Source: Candidatus Omnitrophota bacterium (lineage in GTDB: Bacteria; Omnitrophota; Gorgyraeia; Zapsychrales; Zapsychraceae). Taken from it: a DNA stretch of 64,000 bases. The first letter of the stretch is position 1, and each line of letters begins with the position of its first letter. The stretch is taken from the NCBI GenBank assembly GCA_050250375.1, contig JBFWOS010000002.1, positions 901,149 to 965,148 on the forward strand, in the 5' to 3' direction. A model generated the notes under the pieces. It was given only the letters and a program-made list of their open reading frames with translations, was not told the origin of the DNA and searched no databases. The translations under genes were made by a program, and so were the position numbers. This document shows, one piece after another, positions 1 to 8,817 of this stretch.

Positions 1-386
1 TGGAGCAAAACCTTAAAGCCGATAAAGATATTGCCGGTTTTGTTCTTCCACTCGGAGCAACCATTAATATGGACGGAACGGCACTTTATGAAGCCATGGC
101 CGCTTTATTTGTTGCAAACCTGGTTGGCATCGATTTAAACCTGCTCCAGCAAATCACCGTTTTTTTCATGGCTATCCTGGCCTCAATCGGTGCCCCGGGA
201 ATCCCCAGTGCCGGCATGGTGACCATGGTCATGGTCCTTCATTCCGTTGGTCTGCCGGCTGAGGCTATCGCCATTTTACTCCCGATTGACCGGCCGCTTG
301 ACGCATTACGGACCATGATTAATGTCAGCGGCGATACGATCGGAACCTTGATTGTGGATCACCACACATCGCCGTCAGAAAATTAA
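1..386 (+). CDS. Dicarboxylate/amino acid:cation symporter (DAACS/GltP family), C-terminal fragment; gene starts upstream of the window
   Basis: The reading frame is open from position 3. Its translation contains the family hallmark PLGATINMDGTALYEA and the second re-entrant loop GAPGIPSAGMVTMVMVL. Confidence 0.85.
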   Translation, partial: EQNLKADKDIAGFVLPLGATINMDGTALYEAMAALFVANLVGIDLNLLQQITVFFMAILASIGAPGIPSAGMVTMVMVLHSVGLPAEAIAILLPIDRPLDALRTMINVSGDTIGTLIVDHHTSPSEN

Positions 387-451
387 AACTGGACAAACCT
401 AATTTCATCAGACATAATATGTCAAATATGTGTATATAAACATACTTATCT

Positions 452-1741
452 ATGAACCCGATACAAACAATCAACGCCATTTCACCAACCATGTCAACCT
501 TGATTAACCGGATCAAGGCAAAACCTGAAAAAATCCATCAATGGCTCGCCTCGTATGAAGGATCCAAGGAATTACCGATCTATTCCTCCGTAGACATTCG
601 CGAGGCCGGTTTTAAAATGGCCGTGGTTGATACCAATATTTTCCCCGCTGGATTTAACAATCTGTGTGAACACGGACTGGAAGACGCGGTTAAATATATA
701 AAAATGGCCATCCTCAAACGAGTTACCGGTTGCAAAAACATCCTGATTGTCGCTGAAGAACACACACGAAACACCTGGTACCTGGAAAATATCCGGATCC
801 TGCAAGACATCATCCAAAAGGCCGGATTTAATGTCAAGATCGCGACCTTTCTAACGATTCAGCCGGATTTTTGTGATAAAACCCGATTCGTTGAACTGGA
901 AACCGCGACCGGTCACCCCGTCCGGATCCATTGTTTTAAACGAATCCTGGACGATTACAAAGACGGCCGTGAAAATTTCTGCCTGATTATCCTGAATAAT
1001 GATCTGACAACCGGAATTCCAGAAATATTAAAACAGGCCGAAGTTCCGATCTATCCTTCCATCGCCGCAGGTTGGCATTCCCGGCTTAAATCCCATCATT
1101 TCAGTCATACGGAAGATCTGATGAAAGAATTTGCCACCATGATTGACGTTGATCCATGGTTATTGTCCTGCCAGTTTAAAGTTGTTACGGAAGTGGATAT
1201 CAACGAAGAAAAAGACCGTCAAAAACTGGCTGATAGCACGGCTGACTTGTTCCGATCCATTGCTGCAAAATATAAAGAACATAAAATAACCGACAAGCCA
1301 TACATTGTTCTGAAAAGTGACTCCGGGACTTACGGAATGGGAGTCCTGTCGGTGGAAAACCCCGATGATATCCTTCAGCTAAACCGAAAAAAACGCAATT
1401 CACTGGCCGTTGGAAAAAGTTCCCAGCCTATCCACCGTTTCCTCCTTCAGGAAGGTGTCCCCACCATCTACAATGTTGCCCAACAGGTCAGTGAGGTCGT
1501 TATCTATCAGATCGAAAATAATTTGATCGGCGGTTTCTACCGGATGCACGACTCTAAAGGCGAGCGGGATAATCTGAATTCTAAAGGAATGACGTTCCAG
1601 AATATTTGCCCCCATTTGGAAAAATACGGAGACGGCGTGATTGATCCGAGTATCAATATGTTTGATGTTTACCGGATTCTCGCGCGAATTGCCGGTATCG
1701 CCGCACACCGGGAAATCATCCAATTAGAAAGTAACGCCTGA
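452..1741 (+). CDS. Putative glutamate--cysteine ligase (GshA-like, about 430-aa bacterial type)
   Basis: A 429-aa ORF sits immediately upstream of, and co-oriented with, an unambiguous gshB (17-nt gap). Its size matches the short bacterial GshA-like family. I see no diagnostic motif, so the call is mainly contextual. Confidence 0.45.
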   Translation: MNPIQTINAISPTMSTLINRIKAKPEKIHQWLASYEGSKELPIYSSVDIREAGFKMAVVDTNIFPAGFNNLCEHGLEDAVKYIKMAILKRVTGCKNILIVAEEHTRNTWYLENIRILQDIIQKAGFNVKIATFLTIQPDFCDKTRFVELETATGHPVRIHCFKRILDDYKDGRENFCLIILNNDLTTGIPEILKQAEVPIYPSIAAGWHSRLKSHHFSHTEDLMKEFATMIDVDPWLLSCQFKVVTEVDINEEKDRQKLADSTADLFRSIAAKYKEHKITDKPYIVLKSDSGTYGMGVLSVENPDDILQLNRKKRNSLAVGKSSQPIHRFLLQEGVPTIYNVAQQVSEVVIYQIENNLIGGFYRMHDSKGERDNLNSKGMTFQNICPHLEKYGDGVIDPSINMFDVYRILARIAGIAAHREIIQLESNA

Positions 1742-1757
1742 CATAAAGGGACCACGT

Positions 1758-2714
1758 ATGAATTTTGTATTTTTAGTTGATCAGTATGATCACTGGAATG
1801 TTGAAAAAGATACTTCTTTCATTTTCATGATTGAGGCCCACCGCCGCGGACACAAAGTTTTTTTACTGCATGAAGGCGGGACAACCCGGAAAAATTCAAA
1901 AATCATGATGTGTGTGACCCGGGTGGAACCACAGGTCAATCCTGAAAAACCGTTTATCAATTCACACAGCCAAATTCTTTCCGAAGAACAGATTGACATC
2001 GTTTTTATCCGGACCGATCCTCCCTTTGATGAGGCCTATTTGATGCAGACCTGGCTGCTTGATTTGCTGCCGAAACATATCCCGATCATTAACGAACCCG
2101 ATGGCATCCGCCAGTGCAATGAAAAGATCTGGGCGACCCAGTTTGCCGGACTTCTCCCTCCCACTCTGGTTAGTTCTCAACAAACGGAAATCCTGCAGTT
2201 TATTGATGAATATAAGTCGGTAGTGGCCAAACCGACGAACGGATTTGGCGGCAAAGATATCATCCGTTTATCCAATACGACTTATATTGAAGAAAATCTT
2301 TCAAAAATGACCCAAAAATGGACCAGGGAAATTATCGTGCAGGAATACATTAAGGAAGCCGAACAAGGGGACAAACGGATTTTGCTATTGAACGGTGATC
2401 CGATCGGGGCGGTCCTGCGTGTCCATGGGGCAACCGACTTTAGAAATAATTTTATGGCCGGCGGATCGGCCCATCCGGCTGAAATCACCCTGCACGATCT
2501 CGATATTTGTTCTACACTCAAACCGCACCTGCAGGAAAAAGGTCTATATTTCGTTGGCATCGATATCATCGGCCAATATTTGACAGAGATTAACGTAACA
2601 TCACCGACTTGTGTTCAGGAAATAAACAAACTTAACCATGGCCGCCTGGAAGAACAGGTCATCGACTTTGCGGAAAAACTTATTGACCAATTTAAAGCGG
2701 CAAGTACAATATGA
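1758..2714 (+). CDS. gshB: Glutathione synthetase (prokaryotic ATP-grasp GshB)
   Basis: Block-by-block identity to E. coli GshB: KDTSFIFMIEAHRRG, IRTDPPFDEAYLMQTW, QCNEKIW, QGDKRILLLNGDP, GLYFVGIDIIGQYLTEINVTSPTC. Confidence 0.95.
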   Translation: MNFVFLVDQYDHWNVEKDTSFIFMIEAHRRGHKVFLLHEGGTTRKNSKIMMCVTRVEPQVNPEKPFINSHSQILSEEQIDIVFIRTDPPFDEAYLMQTWLLDLLPKHIPIINEPDGIRQCNEKIWATQFAGLLPPTLVSSQQTEILQFIDEYKSVVAKPTNGFGGKDIIRLSNTTYIEENLSKMTQKWTREIIVQEYIKEAEQGDKRILLLNGDPIGAVLRVHGATDFRNNFMAGGSAHPAEITLHDLDICSTLKPHLQEKGLYFVGIDIIGQYLTEINVTSPTCVQEINKLNHGRLEEQVIDFAEKLIDQFKAASTI

Positions 2715-2739
2715 TTCATTGATTTCAAACTGGAAGCCA

Positions 2740-2985
2740 ATGTCAAAGTTAACCCTTTATTACCAAAATTCGTGTCCCTATTGCCGTAAAGTCCTGAACT
2801 TCATGGATGCCGATAATATTCATCTGACGATGAAAAATGTCCATGAAAAAATCGAACACCGGCAGGAATTGATCAATAAAGGCGGAAAAAGCCAGGTTCC
2901 CGCCCTTGAAATCGATGGAAAAATAATGTATGAATCCAATGATATTATTGAATGGCTGAAAAAAAATTACAAACATGACTCTTGA
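2740..2985 (+). CDS. Glutaredoxin (dithiol, CPYC active site)
   Basis: YYQNSCPYCRKV active site within a thioredoxin fold of about 80 aa. I moved the start to the ATG at 2740 so the gene does not overlap gshB; the ORF track begins at 2638. Confidence 0.85.
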   Translation: MSKLTLYYQNSCPYCRKVLNFMDADNIHLTMKNVHEKIEHRQELINKGGKSQVPALEIDGKIMYESNDIIEWLKKNYKHDS

Positions 2986-3235
2986 CGAAATTAGAACGAC
3001 GATCGAATCCCATGTGCCGAATTCACGGGCAATTGTGATGGACCCGATGCAGGACGGTGAACACCTTCAGGCCATCGTTATATCCCCTGAGTTTAACGGG
3101 ATGATGCTTGTCCGGCAGCATCAGATGGTCATGAAACCTCTTAAAGAGGCCTTTGCCACCAGCGTCCACGCGCTCGGCCTAAAAACTTTTACACCCGAAC
3201 GTTGGGAAATCGTAAAAAACCAATACGGATTTTAG
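2975..3235 (+). CDS. BolA family protein
   Basis: 86 aa. The C-terminal SVHALGLKTFTPERWE matches the BolA signature (HAL.LK..TP..W). BolA is the known partner of monothiol glutaredoxins. Confidence 0.8.
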   Translation: MTLDEIRTTIESHVPNSRAIVMDPMQDGEHLQAIVISPEFNGMMLVRQHQMVMKPLKEAFATSVHALGLKTFTPERWEIVKNQYGF

Positions 3236-3249
3236 CTAAGGAGTTTCTG

Positions 3250-3561
3250 ATGGACAATACCATAAAAGAACGAATTGAAAATGATATCAAAAATAATAAA
3301 GTTTTTCTTTATATGAAAGGTTCTCCGGACAGCCCAATGTGCGGATTTTCTTCTCAAGCAGTTAATATCCTTCAACATTATAAGGTTAAGTTTGGCACAT
3401 CCAATGTCCTGGCCGATGATGATATTCGTCAAGGTATCAAAGAATACGCCGACTGGCCGACCATCCCCCAACTCTATGTAAATGGTGAATTTATCGGTGG
3501 GTGCGACATTATGATGGAAATGCACAATAACGGCGAGCTGGAAAATATCTTAAAGTCTTAA
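3250..3561 (+). CDS. grxD: Monothiol glutaredoxin (Grx4/GrxD family)
   Basis: VFLYMKGSPDSPMCGFSSQAV contains the CGFS active site. The WPTIPQLYVNGEFIGGCD C-terminal motif is also present. The start is taken at ATG 3250, after the BolA stop. Confidence 0.9.
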   Translation: MDNTIKERIENDIKNNKVFLYMKGSPDSPMCGFSSQAVNILQHYKVKFGTSNVLADDDIRQGIKEYADWPTIPQLYVNGEFIGGCDIMMEMHNNGELENILKS

Positions 3562-4871
3562 GAAGTGATCAACGCAATCTGGCGGATATTTTTGTAAGTA
3601 TAAATCGCTGACGAATGCCCGTCATTCCAGGCGATTCCTATCCCATAATTTCCTAACGGGGTGATCTCCCTGGCCGCTATATCCTTTCGGATATCGTTCG
3701 CCTTGATCAGCCGTTCCCCGGTCATTTCATTAACACTCAAGGCATCCTGTGAAATCATCCGCAGGTCAAAATTTCTGACCAGCCAATGTTCACCATTTTC
3801 CCAGGCCAATTCGACTTTTTCGTGATCGAATTTGATGACCGGAATATCCATTTCCCGGGATTTGACATCCTGGATCTGTTTCAACATCGTATCAACCGCG
3901 CCCTGAATGACCGCCGGTGCGTCGGTGGCAAGGACACCGTGGCTTAATTCTTCCATGACCGGGATTTCAGCCAAAATCTCAACCCCAAACCGATCCGCCA
4001 GCTGCTCGGCCGTGGAGCGGCCGAAAATATAATGTTTTTCACCGGAAGGTGTTTTAAAATAGGCCATGTTTTCGATCAGCCCGATAATCGGCACCGCAAC
4101 TTTCTCAAACATAAGAATCCCGCGGGCGACATCAATCAGGGATAATGTGTGCGGGGTGGTAATAATCACCGCGCCTGTTAACCGGAGCGTTTGGGTGATC
4201 GTCAACTGGACATCCCCTGTACCCGGCGGCATATCAATTAAAAGATAATCTAATTCCCCCCAATCCGTATTGAGTAGGATCTGCTGGATGTAACGGGTTA
4301 CAACCGGACCGCGCATAACCGCCGGTTTATCTCCCAGCAAAAAACCAAAGGACATGAGTTTCAAATTCAGATGATTGACCGGAAGAAATTGTTTTTTATC
4401 GTTTGTAAAGATTTGAACCTTGTTCAAATGGAACAGTGTCGGGACAGACGGCCCGTAGATATCCGTATCGACCAGCCCCACCTTGAAATTTCGTTGGCAC
4501 AATTCCTGGGCCAGATGGGCCGCCATGGTCGACTTTCCGACTCCGCCTTTGGCAGAGGAGATGGCAATGATATGTTTAATTTTATTCAAAGGATTATGAC
4601 TGACCGGCCTGGGTTGCGGTTGTTGTTGCGCGGGTTTAATCATGTTGCTGACGACTTGCCCCACGCCTTCCAATTGCCGGACAGCTTTTTCGGCCTTGAG
4701 CTGAATTTCATGCGAGATAGATGCCGATTGCGTCTGAACAATCAAATCAAACGAAACATTATTTTGCTCGACAACGATATTCTTCACGATCCCATCATCA
4801 ACAATATTTTTAAGGCTGGCCGGATTAATGACCTGGCGAAGGGCGTTGATGGTTTTTTGAATGGTGACCAT
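3558..4871 (-). CDS. apbC: Fe-S cluster carrier ATPase Mrp/ApbC/NBP35 with N-terminal DUF59-like and C-terminal DUF971-like domains
   Basis: Deviant Walker A ISSAKGGVGKST plus ParA/MinD-fold motifs (DTDIYGPS, CxxC-containing region). It carries about 90-aa N-terminal and about 90-aa C-terminal extensions. Confidence 0.85.
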   Translation of the reverse strand: MVTIQKTINALRQVINPASLKNIVDDGIVKNIVVEQNNVSFDLIVQTQSASISHEIQLKAEKAVRQLEGVGQVVSNMIKPAQQQPQPRPVSHNPLNKIKHIIAISSAKGGVGKSTMAAHLAQELCQRNFKVGLVDTDIYGPSVPTLFHLNKVQIFTNDKKQFLPVNHLNLKLMSFGFLLGDKPAVMRGPVVTRYIQQILLNTDWGELDYLLIDMPPGTGDVQLTITQTLRLTGAVIITTPHTLSLIDVARGILMFEKVAVPIIGLIENMAYFKTPSGEKHYIFGRSTAEQLADRFGVEILAEIPVMEELSHGVLATDAPAVIQGAVDTMLKQIQDVKSREMDIPVIKFDHEKVELAWENGEHWLVRNFDLRMISQDALSVNEMTGERLIKANDIRKDIAAREITPLGNYGIGIAWNDGHSSAIYTYKNIRQIALITS

Positions 4872-4874
4872 AAA

Positions 4875-5891
4875 TTAAATCTTAAGTTTTTCGATCAGAT
4901 CGTCTTCGACCGGAACGGAATTTATATACTGAACCTGGTTACGGTCTTTACAAATCCAGAATTTCATTTGCTGCGGCGCATCATCCTTATAACGGGAAAA
5001 CCGCTGGATCATCCCGGCACACTGGGATAGAATTTCCTGCGGGGGATTTTCTCCTTTTAAGAGCAGTGTCGGGCCGAGGTTATGCGCAAACTGCATAATA
5101 ATATCATCGGGATGAGCATAACGCAAAAGCCCTTCATTCTCTTCATGGTCCCGGCCGATAATGCATTTGTATTGCGCATCAAACCGGTAATGTCTTCCCC
5201 ATTTTAAAGCGATGGTTTCACGAAAATTTCTATAACCATGTTTAAACGTATCTTTGATACGTTCTGAAAAATTATGATCGGTCAGTAAACATCCCCCGCC
5301 AGGCGCACTATATCCGGTGATTCCTAATTCATCCGCCAGAGTGTATTGCCCTTTTCGAGAGCGTCCGGTCAGATCAAGAAGTTTACTGCGGTCGATCAAT
5401 CCCTGTTTTTCGACATCCGTCGGTTCAAGATGCTGGGCGGACAGTGGCCGCAAAAGTTTCCCTTTCAGGCCGCTGGTCTCCTCAATCCGATCCATCGAAA
5501 TTCTTTTTTGAGACATCGGTCGCTGCCCCAAAACTTCACCGGTAAAAACAAAATCCGCCCCAATATGTTTCATGTATTGCGCGGCCCGGGAAAACATATG
5601 GATCCTGCAGTCAACACAGGGATTCATCGCTACACCACGGCCATATTTCGGCGAACGGACAACCTCCAGATACCGTTCATCTAATTGCAGGGTAATAAAT
5701 TTAATACCAATGCTTTGTGCCGCTTCAATCGCAAATGTTTTATCACAACATCCCCAGGGCATGGCAAAAAAAACACCGTAGACATCAACTCCCAGGTCCT
5801 TAACCACTTTGGCCGCCAGGGTGCTGTCCAGTCCGCCGGAGATTAAGCCTACGGCCTTTACTGTTCCATGTTCCGTTGTTTGATTAATCAT
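4875..5891 (-). CDS. PP-loop ATP pyrophosphatase, MnmA/TrmU-like tRNA thiouridylase family (exact function uncertain)
   Basis: PP-loop GLISGGLDSTLAAK. NPCVDCRIHMF...IGADFVFTGE and YSAPGGGCLLTD resemble the MnmA catalytic Cys regions (NVCN..IKF / DSTGICFIGE). Confidence 0.5.
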   Translation of the reverse strand: MINQTTEHGTVKAVGLISGGLDSTLAAKVVKDLGVDVYGVFFAMPWGCCDKTFAIEAAQSIGIKFITLQLDERYLEVVRSPKYGRGVAMNPCVDCRIHMFSRAAQYMKHIGADFVFTGEVLGQRPMSQKRISMDRIEETSGLKGKLLRPLSAQHLEPTDVEKQGLIDRSKLLDLTGRSRKGQYTLADELGITGYSAPGGGCLLTDHNFSERIKDTFKHGYRNFRETIALKWGRHYRFDAQYKCIIGRDHEENEGLLRYAHPDDIIMQFAHNLGPTLLLKGENPPQEILSQCAGMIQRFSRYKDDAPQQMKFWICKDRNQVQYINSVPVEDDLIEKLKI

Positions 5892-5947
5892 GGATTATCC
5901 TCTGGATAAGTGTATCAATATTATCCTCTAATGCAAGTATAAATTGC

Positions 5948-5976
5948 TTGCAATCAAAAATTGTTTTGGCTATAAT
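5948..5976 (+). promoter_or_regulatory. Sigma70-type promoter candidate for ilvBN (TTGCAA-17 nt-TATAAT)
   Basis: TTGCAA at 5948-5953, a 17-nt spacer, then the consensus TATAAT at 5971-5976. An AGGA ribosome-binding site lies 6 nt before the ATG at 6018. Confidence 0.45.
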
Positions 5977-6017
5977 GGCAAGTCAACTTATTAGTACTAT
6001 TGAACTTAGGATGTTTT

Positions 6018-7808
6018 ATGCCAAAAGCTACCAAAAAAAAATCTACAGCAGCAAAAACAAAGACAAAGAAAAACCTCTCTGCCCCATCGCCTAGAAAGCA
6101 ACTGACGGGCGCAGAAGCACTTATAAAATGTCTGGAAAACCACGGGGTGGAATATATCTGGGGTTTGTCCGGCGGTGCAGCGATCCCGATTTTTGACGCC
6201 CTGGTCGGGTCAAAAATTAAATTAATTCTCGTCAGACATGAACAAGGAGCAACTCACATAGCCGATGGCTATGCCCGCGCCACCGGAAAACCAGGAGTTG
6301 TCTTGGTAACCAGCGGCCCCGGCGCAACGAATACAGTGACCGGAATTATGACGGCGCATATGGACTCAGTCCCCATGATCGTTTTAACCGGACAAACCAT
6401 TAGTCCGATGTTGGGAAAAGATGCTTTTCAAGAAGCTGACATTTTCGGGATTACCATGCCGGTTGTCAAACACAGTTACTTGGTCAGAAACACAAATGAT
6501 ATCCCTAGGATTGTTAAGGAATCTTTTTTTATATCTAACACGGGGCGGCCCGGACCGGTCCACATTGATTTGCCAAAAGATATCACCTCTGCTCCTTTTA
6601 CCGGTGATACGCTCGATCCGAAAATGGACCTGCCCGGCTATACTGTACCGTCAAAAGGCAAACTTTCCGATATTAAGAAAATTGCCAAATTGTTCAACGC
6701 ATCCAAACGTCCACTTCTCCTTGTTGGACATGGGGCCGTTATTTCCAGGGCATCCGAATCGGTCAGCCAATTGGCCAAAAAACTAAAAGCGCCGGTGACC
6801 AACACACTTCTTGGAAAAGGATGTTTTCCTGAGACTGATCCTCTTTCTCTGGGCATGCTTGGTATGCATGGCACGGCCTATGCAAATAAGGCCTTGACCC
6901 GCTGTGATTTGATCTGTTCAATCGGTTCACGTTATGATGACCGGATCAACGGAAAGAATGATGAATTCTGTATCGGGGCCAAAAAAATCCATATTGATAT
7001 TGATCCGGCTGAAATGGGTAAAATTGTTAAATGTGATGCGTCCTGTATCGGGGATGCCCGGTTGATCGTGGAAGAATTGATCAAACATGTCAAACCGTTA
7101 GATACCGATGAATGGTTGAAAGAACTGGAATTTTACAAAAATGAATACCCTTTAAAATTCTCAGATGATAAAGGTTTAACTGCTCAGCGCGTTTTGTATG
7201 ATCTGCAGAGAATTACCCAAGGACGCGCCATCATCTCAACAGACGTTGGACAGCACCAGATGTGGTCGGCCCAATTTAACCTCACCCTCAAGGGAGAGAA
7301 ATGGCTGTCCTCCGGTGGAGCAGGTACAATGGGTTTCGGATTTCCGGCGGCCATCGGCGCGCAGTTTGGTTGTCCGAATGATCTGGTCGTTGCCGTTGTC
7401 GGCGACGGCGGGTTCCAAATGACCCTGTTTGAATTATCCACCGTCTTTATCCATAAACTTCCGGTTAAAATCCTGGTTGTTGACAACAAATATTTGGGTA
7501 TGGTTCGCCAATGGCAGGAACTATTTTTTGATAACCGTTTAAGCGGCGTTGATCTTGAAGGTAACCCTGATTTCGTCAAACTGGCCGAAGCTTACGGCAT
7601 TAAGGGTTTCCACATCAATCAGGTCGATCATTGTTTCGACCGGTTAAATGAAGCCTTAAATTATAAAGGCCCGGCTCTGATCCACGCTGAAGTTATCAAG
7701 GAAGACAATGTGTTCCCTATGATTCCGGCTGGAAAATCTGCCTATCAAATGATTATTGAACCGCCAAGCAAAGATCAAAAACTTGAAAAACCGACAGGTA
7801 GCACCTAA
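6018..7808 (+). CDS. ilvB: Acetolactate synthase large (catalytic) subunit, biosynthetic type
   Basis: ThDP/FAD enzyme with GDG..N TPP motif (VVGDGGFQM...DNKYLGMVRQWQ). It is followed directly by an ACT-domain small subunit. I prefer the start at 6018 (AGGA ribosome-binding site) over the 6000 start given by the ORF track. Confidence 0.9.
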   Translation: MPKATKKKSTAAKTKTKKNLSAPSPRKQLTGAEALIKCLENHGVEYIWGLSGGAAIPIFDALVGSKIKLILVRHEQGATHIADGYARATGKPGVVLVTSGPGATNTVTGIMTAHMDSVPMIVLTGQTISPMLGKDAFQEADIFGITMPVVKHSYLVRNTNDIPRIVKESFFISNTGRPGPVHIDLPKDITSAPFTGDTLDPKMDLPGYTVPSKGKLSDIKKIAKLFNASKRPLLLVGHGAVISRASESVSQLAKKLKAPVTNTLLGKGCFPETDPLSLGMLGMHGTAYANKALTRCDLICSIGSRYDDRINGKNDEFCIGAKKIHIDIDPAEMGKIVKCDASCIGDARLIVEELIKHVKPLDTDEWLKELEFYKNEYPLKFSDDKGLTAQRVLYDLQRITQGRAIISTDVGQHQMWSAQFNLTLKGEKWLSSGGAGTMGFGFPAAIGAQFGCPNDLVVAVVGDGGFQMTLFELSTVFIHKLPVKILVVDNKYLGMVRQWQELFFDNRLSGVDLEGNPDFVKLAEAYGIKGFHINQVDHCFDRLNEALNYKGPALIHAEVIKEDNVFPMIPAGKSAYQMIIEPPSKDQKLEKPTGST

Positions 7809-8308
7809 TGACTAAAAAAAATAATATTCATACCATCAGTTTACTCGTATCCAATAAACCCGGAGTCCTCATTCGATGCGCCCAGGTCTTTGCCCGACGG
7901 GGTTTCAACATTGATTCCCTGGTTGTATCAACATCGGTCAACCCAAAGTTCTCCCGCATGACGATCACGGCCCAGGGCGATCCGGAAACACTTGAACAAA
8001 TCATTAAACAATCCGCCAAACTCATTGATGTTATCCACACGGAAGAACATAATGAGGAGTCCACGATCACTCGTGAATTCGCGCTGATTAAAGTCAAATC
8101 GACCCCGAAAACAATTACTGCCATTAAAAAATATGCCACGAAATACAAGGCAAAAATTGTTGATGAAAGCAATAAACTCTTAATCATTGAACAGGCCGGT
8201 ACAACCGCGGAATTGGATGAATTCGAAGAACAGATGAAAAAATTCTCAATTGTTGAAATGGTTCGTTCCGGGAAACTTGTCATTGCCAAAGGCCAGGAAG
8301 CGACCTGA
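7808..8308 (+). CDS. ilvN: Acetolactate synthase small (regulatory) subunit
   Basis: 166 aa with an N-terminal ACT domain (ISLLVSNKPGVLIRCAQVFARRGFNIDSL). Its start overlaps the ilvB stop (TAATG). Confidence 0.9.
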   Translation: MTKKNNIHTISLLVSNKPGVLIRCAQVFARRGFNIDSLVVSTSVNPKFSRMTITAQGDPETLEQIIKQSAKLIDVIHTEEHNEESTITREFALIKVKSTPKTITAIKKYATKYKAKIVDESNKLLIIEQAGTTAELDEFEEQMKKFSIVEMVRSGKLVIAKGQEAT

Positions 8309-8318
8309 CCTCATCTCA

Positions 8319-8732
8319 TTATTGGTCGGCTAAATTACACGGCAATATTTTTGGAAGTTCTTTCGGAGGGAGTACGATCTCAGCGATTTCAATCCCTTCG
8401 TCTGTGTATTCAATCGAGATGATTGAACATCGGTCGGAATCAATGTGAGGATCATCAATTCCCATGTACAAAGCAATCCCGGCACGCAACACGTCCCATT
8501 CGGAATATAAAATAAACTTATTTTCCTCTTCTTTAATATCCAGGGCACTGCTTATTTCACTAAAAGGTATTTCAAGAATCTCTGGCAGAGTACGTCCCTT
8601 GCAATAACCGTTCAAACCCGTTGAACCGGTGATTTCCCGGCCGCAGGTAATCTTGGCGTAATCAAAGGTGATAAATTTTTCATCATGATCCAGTTTAATA
8701 ACCATACTGGAAGAACTGTCACTACACGGCAT
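8319..8732 (-). CDS. Hypothetical protein; three Cys spaced like an IscU/NifU-type scaffold (speculative)
   Basis: 137-aa ORF. The Cys at 30 (TCGRE), 44 (GYCKG) and 102 (DRCS) are spaced similarly to the three ligand Cys of IscU. I see no other recognisable motifs. The true start may be the internal Met at 8705. Confidence 0.3.
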   Translation of the reverse strand: MPCSDSSSSMVIKLDHDEKFITFDYAKITCGREITGSTGLNGYCKGRTLPEILEIPFSEISSALDIKEEENKFILYSEWDVLRAGIALYMGIDDPHIDSDRCSIISIEYTDEGIEIAEIVLPPKELPKILPCNLADQ

Positions 8733-8752
8733 AAAGCAATCTCCATAAAAAA

Positions 8753-8776
8753 GGGACTCCCGAAATTGAGAGTCCC
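8753..8776 (-). terminator. Rho-independent terminator downstream of nrdB
   Basis: Perfect 7-bp stem GGGACTC(8753-8759)/GAGTCCC(8770-8776) around a 10-nt loop. On the minus strand it is followed by TTTTTTAT (8745-8752). Confidence 0.6.
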
Positions 8777-8817
8777 CTTATTCTACTGTCTGAAATGTGC
8801 TTGTCAAGCCCGGGAAA

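Noticed and set aside
572-837. Two overlapping minus-strand ORFs (81 and 85 aa) inside the gshA-like gene
   Set aside because: They are fully antisense to a well-supported 429-aa CDS. They have no ribosome-binding site or motif and are best explained as frame shadows.
2638-2739. Upstream extension of the glutaredoxin ORF overlapping the gshB 3' end
   Set aside because: The extension encodes non-Grx sequence and overlaps gshB by 77 nt. The ATG at 2740 gives a canonical Grx N-terminus.
4371-5030. 219-aa plus-strand ORF spanning the apbC 5' end and the PP-loop gene 3' end
   Set aside because: It is antisense to two motif-supported genes. Its composition is typical of reverse-frame translation and it has no recognisable domain.
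6421-6786. 121-aa ORF in an alternative frame within ilvB
   Set aside because: It is internal to a conserved ThDP-enzyme reading frame, with no independent signals.
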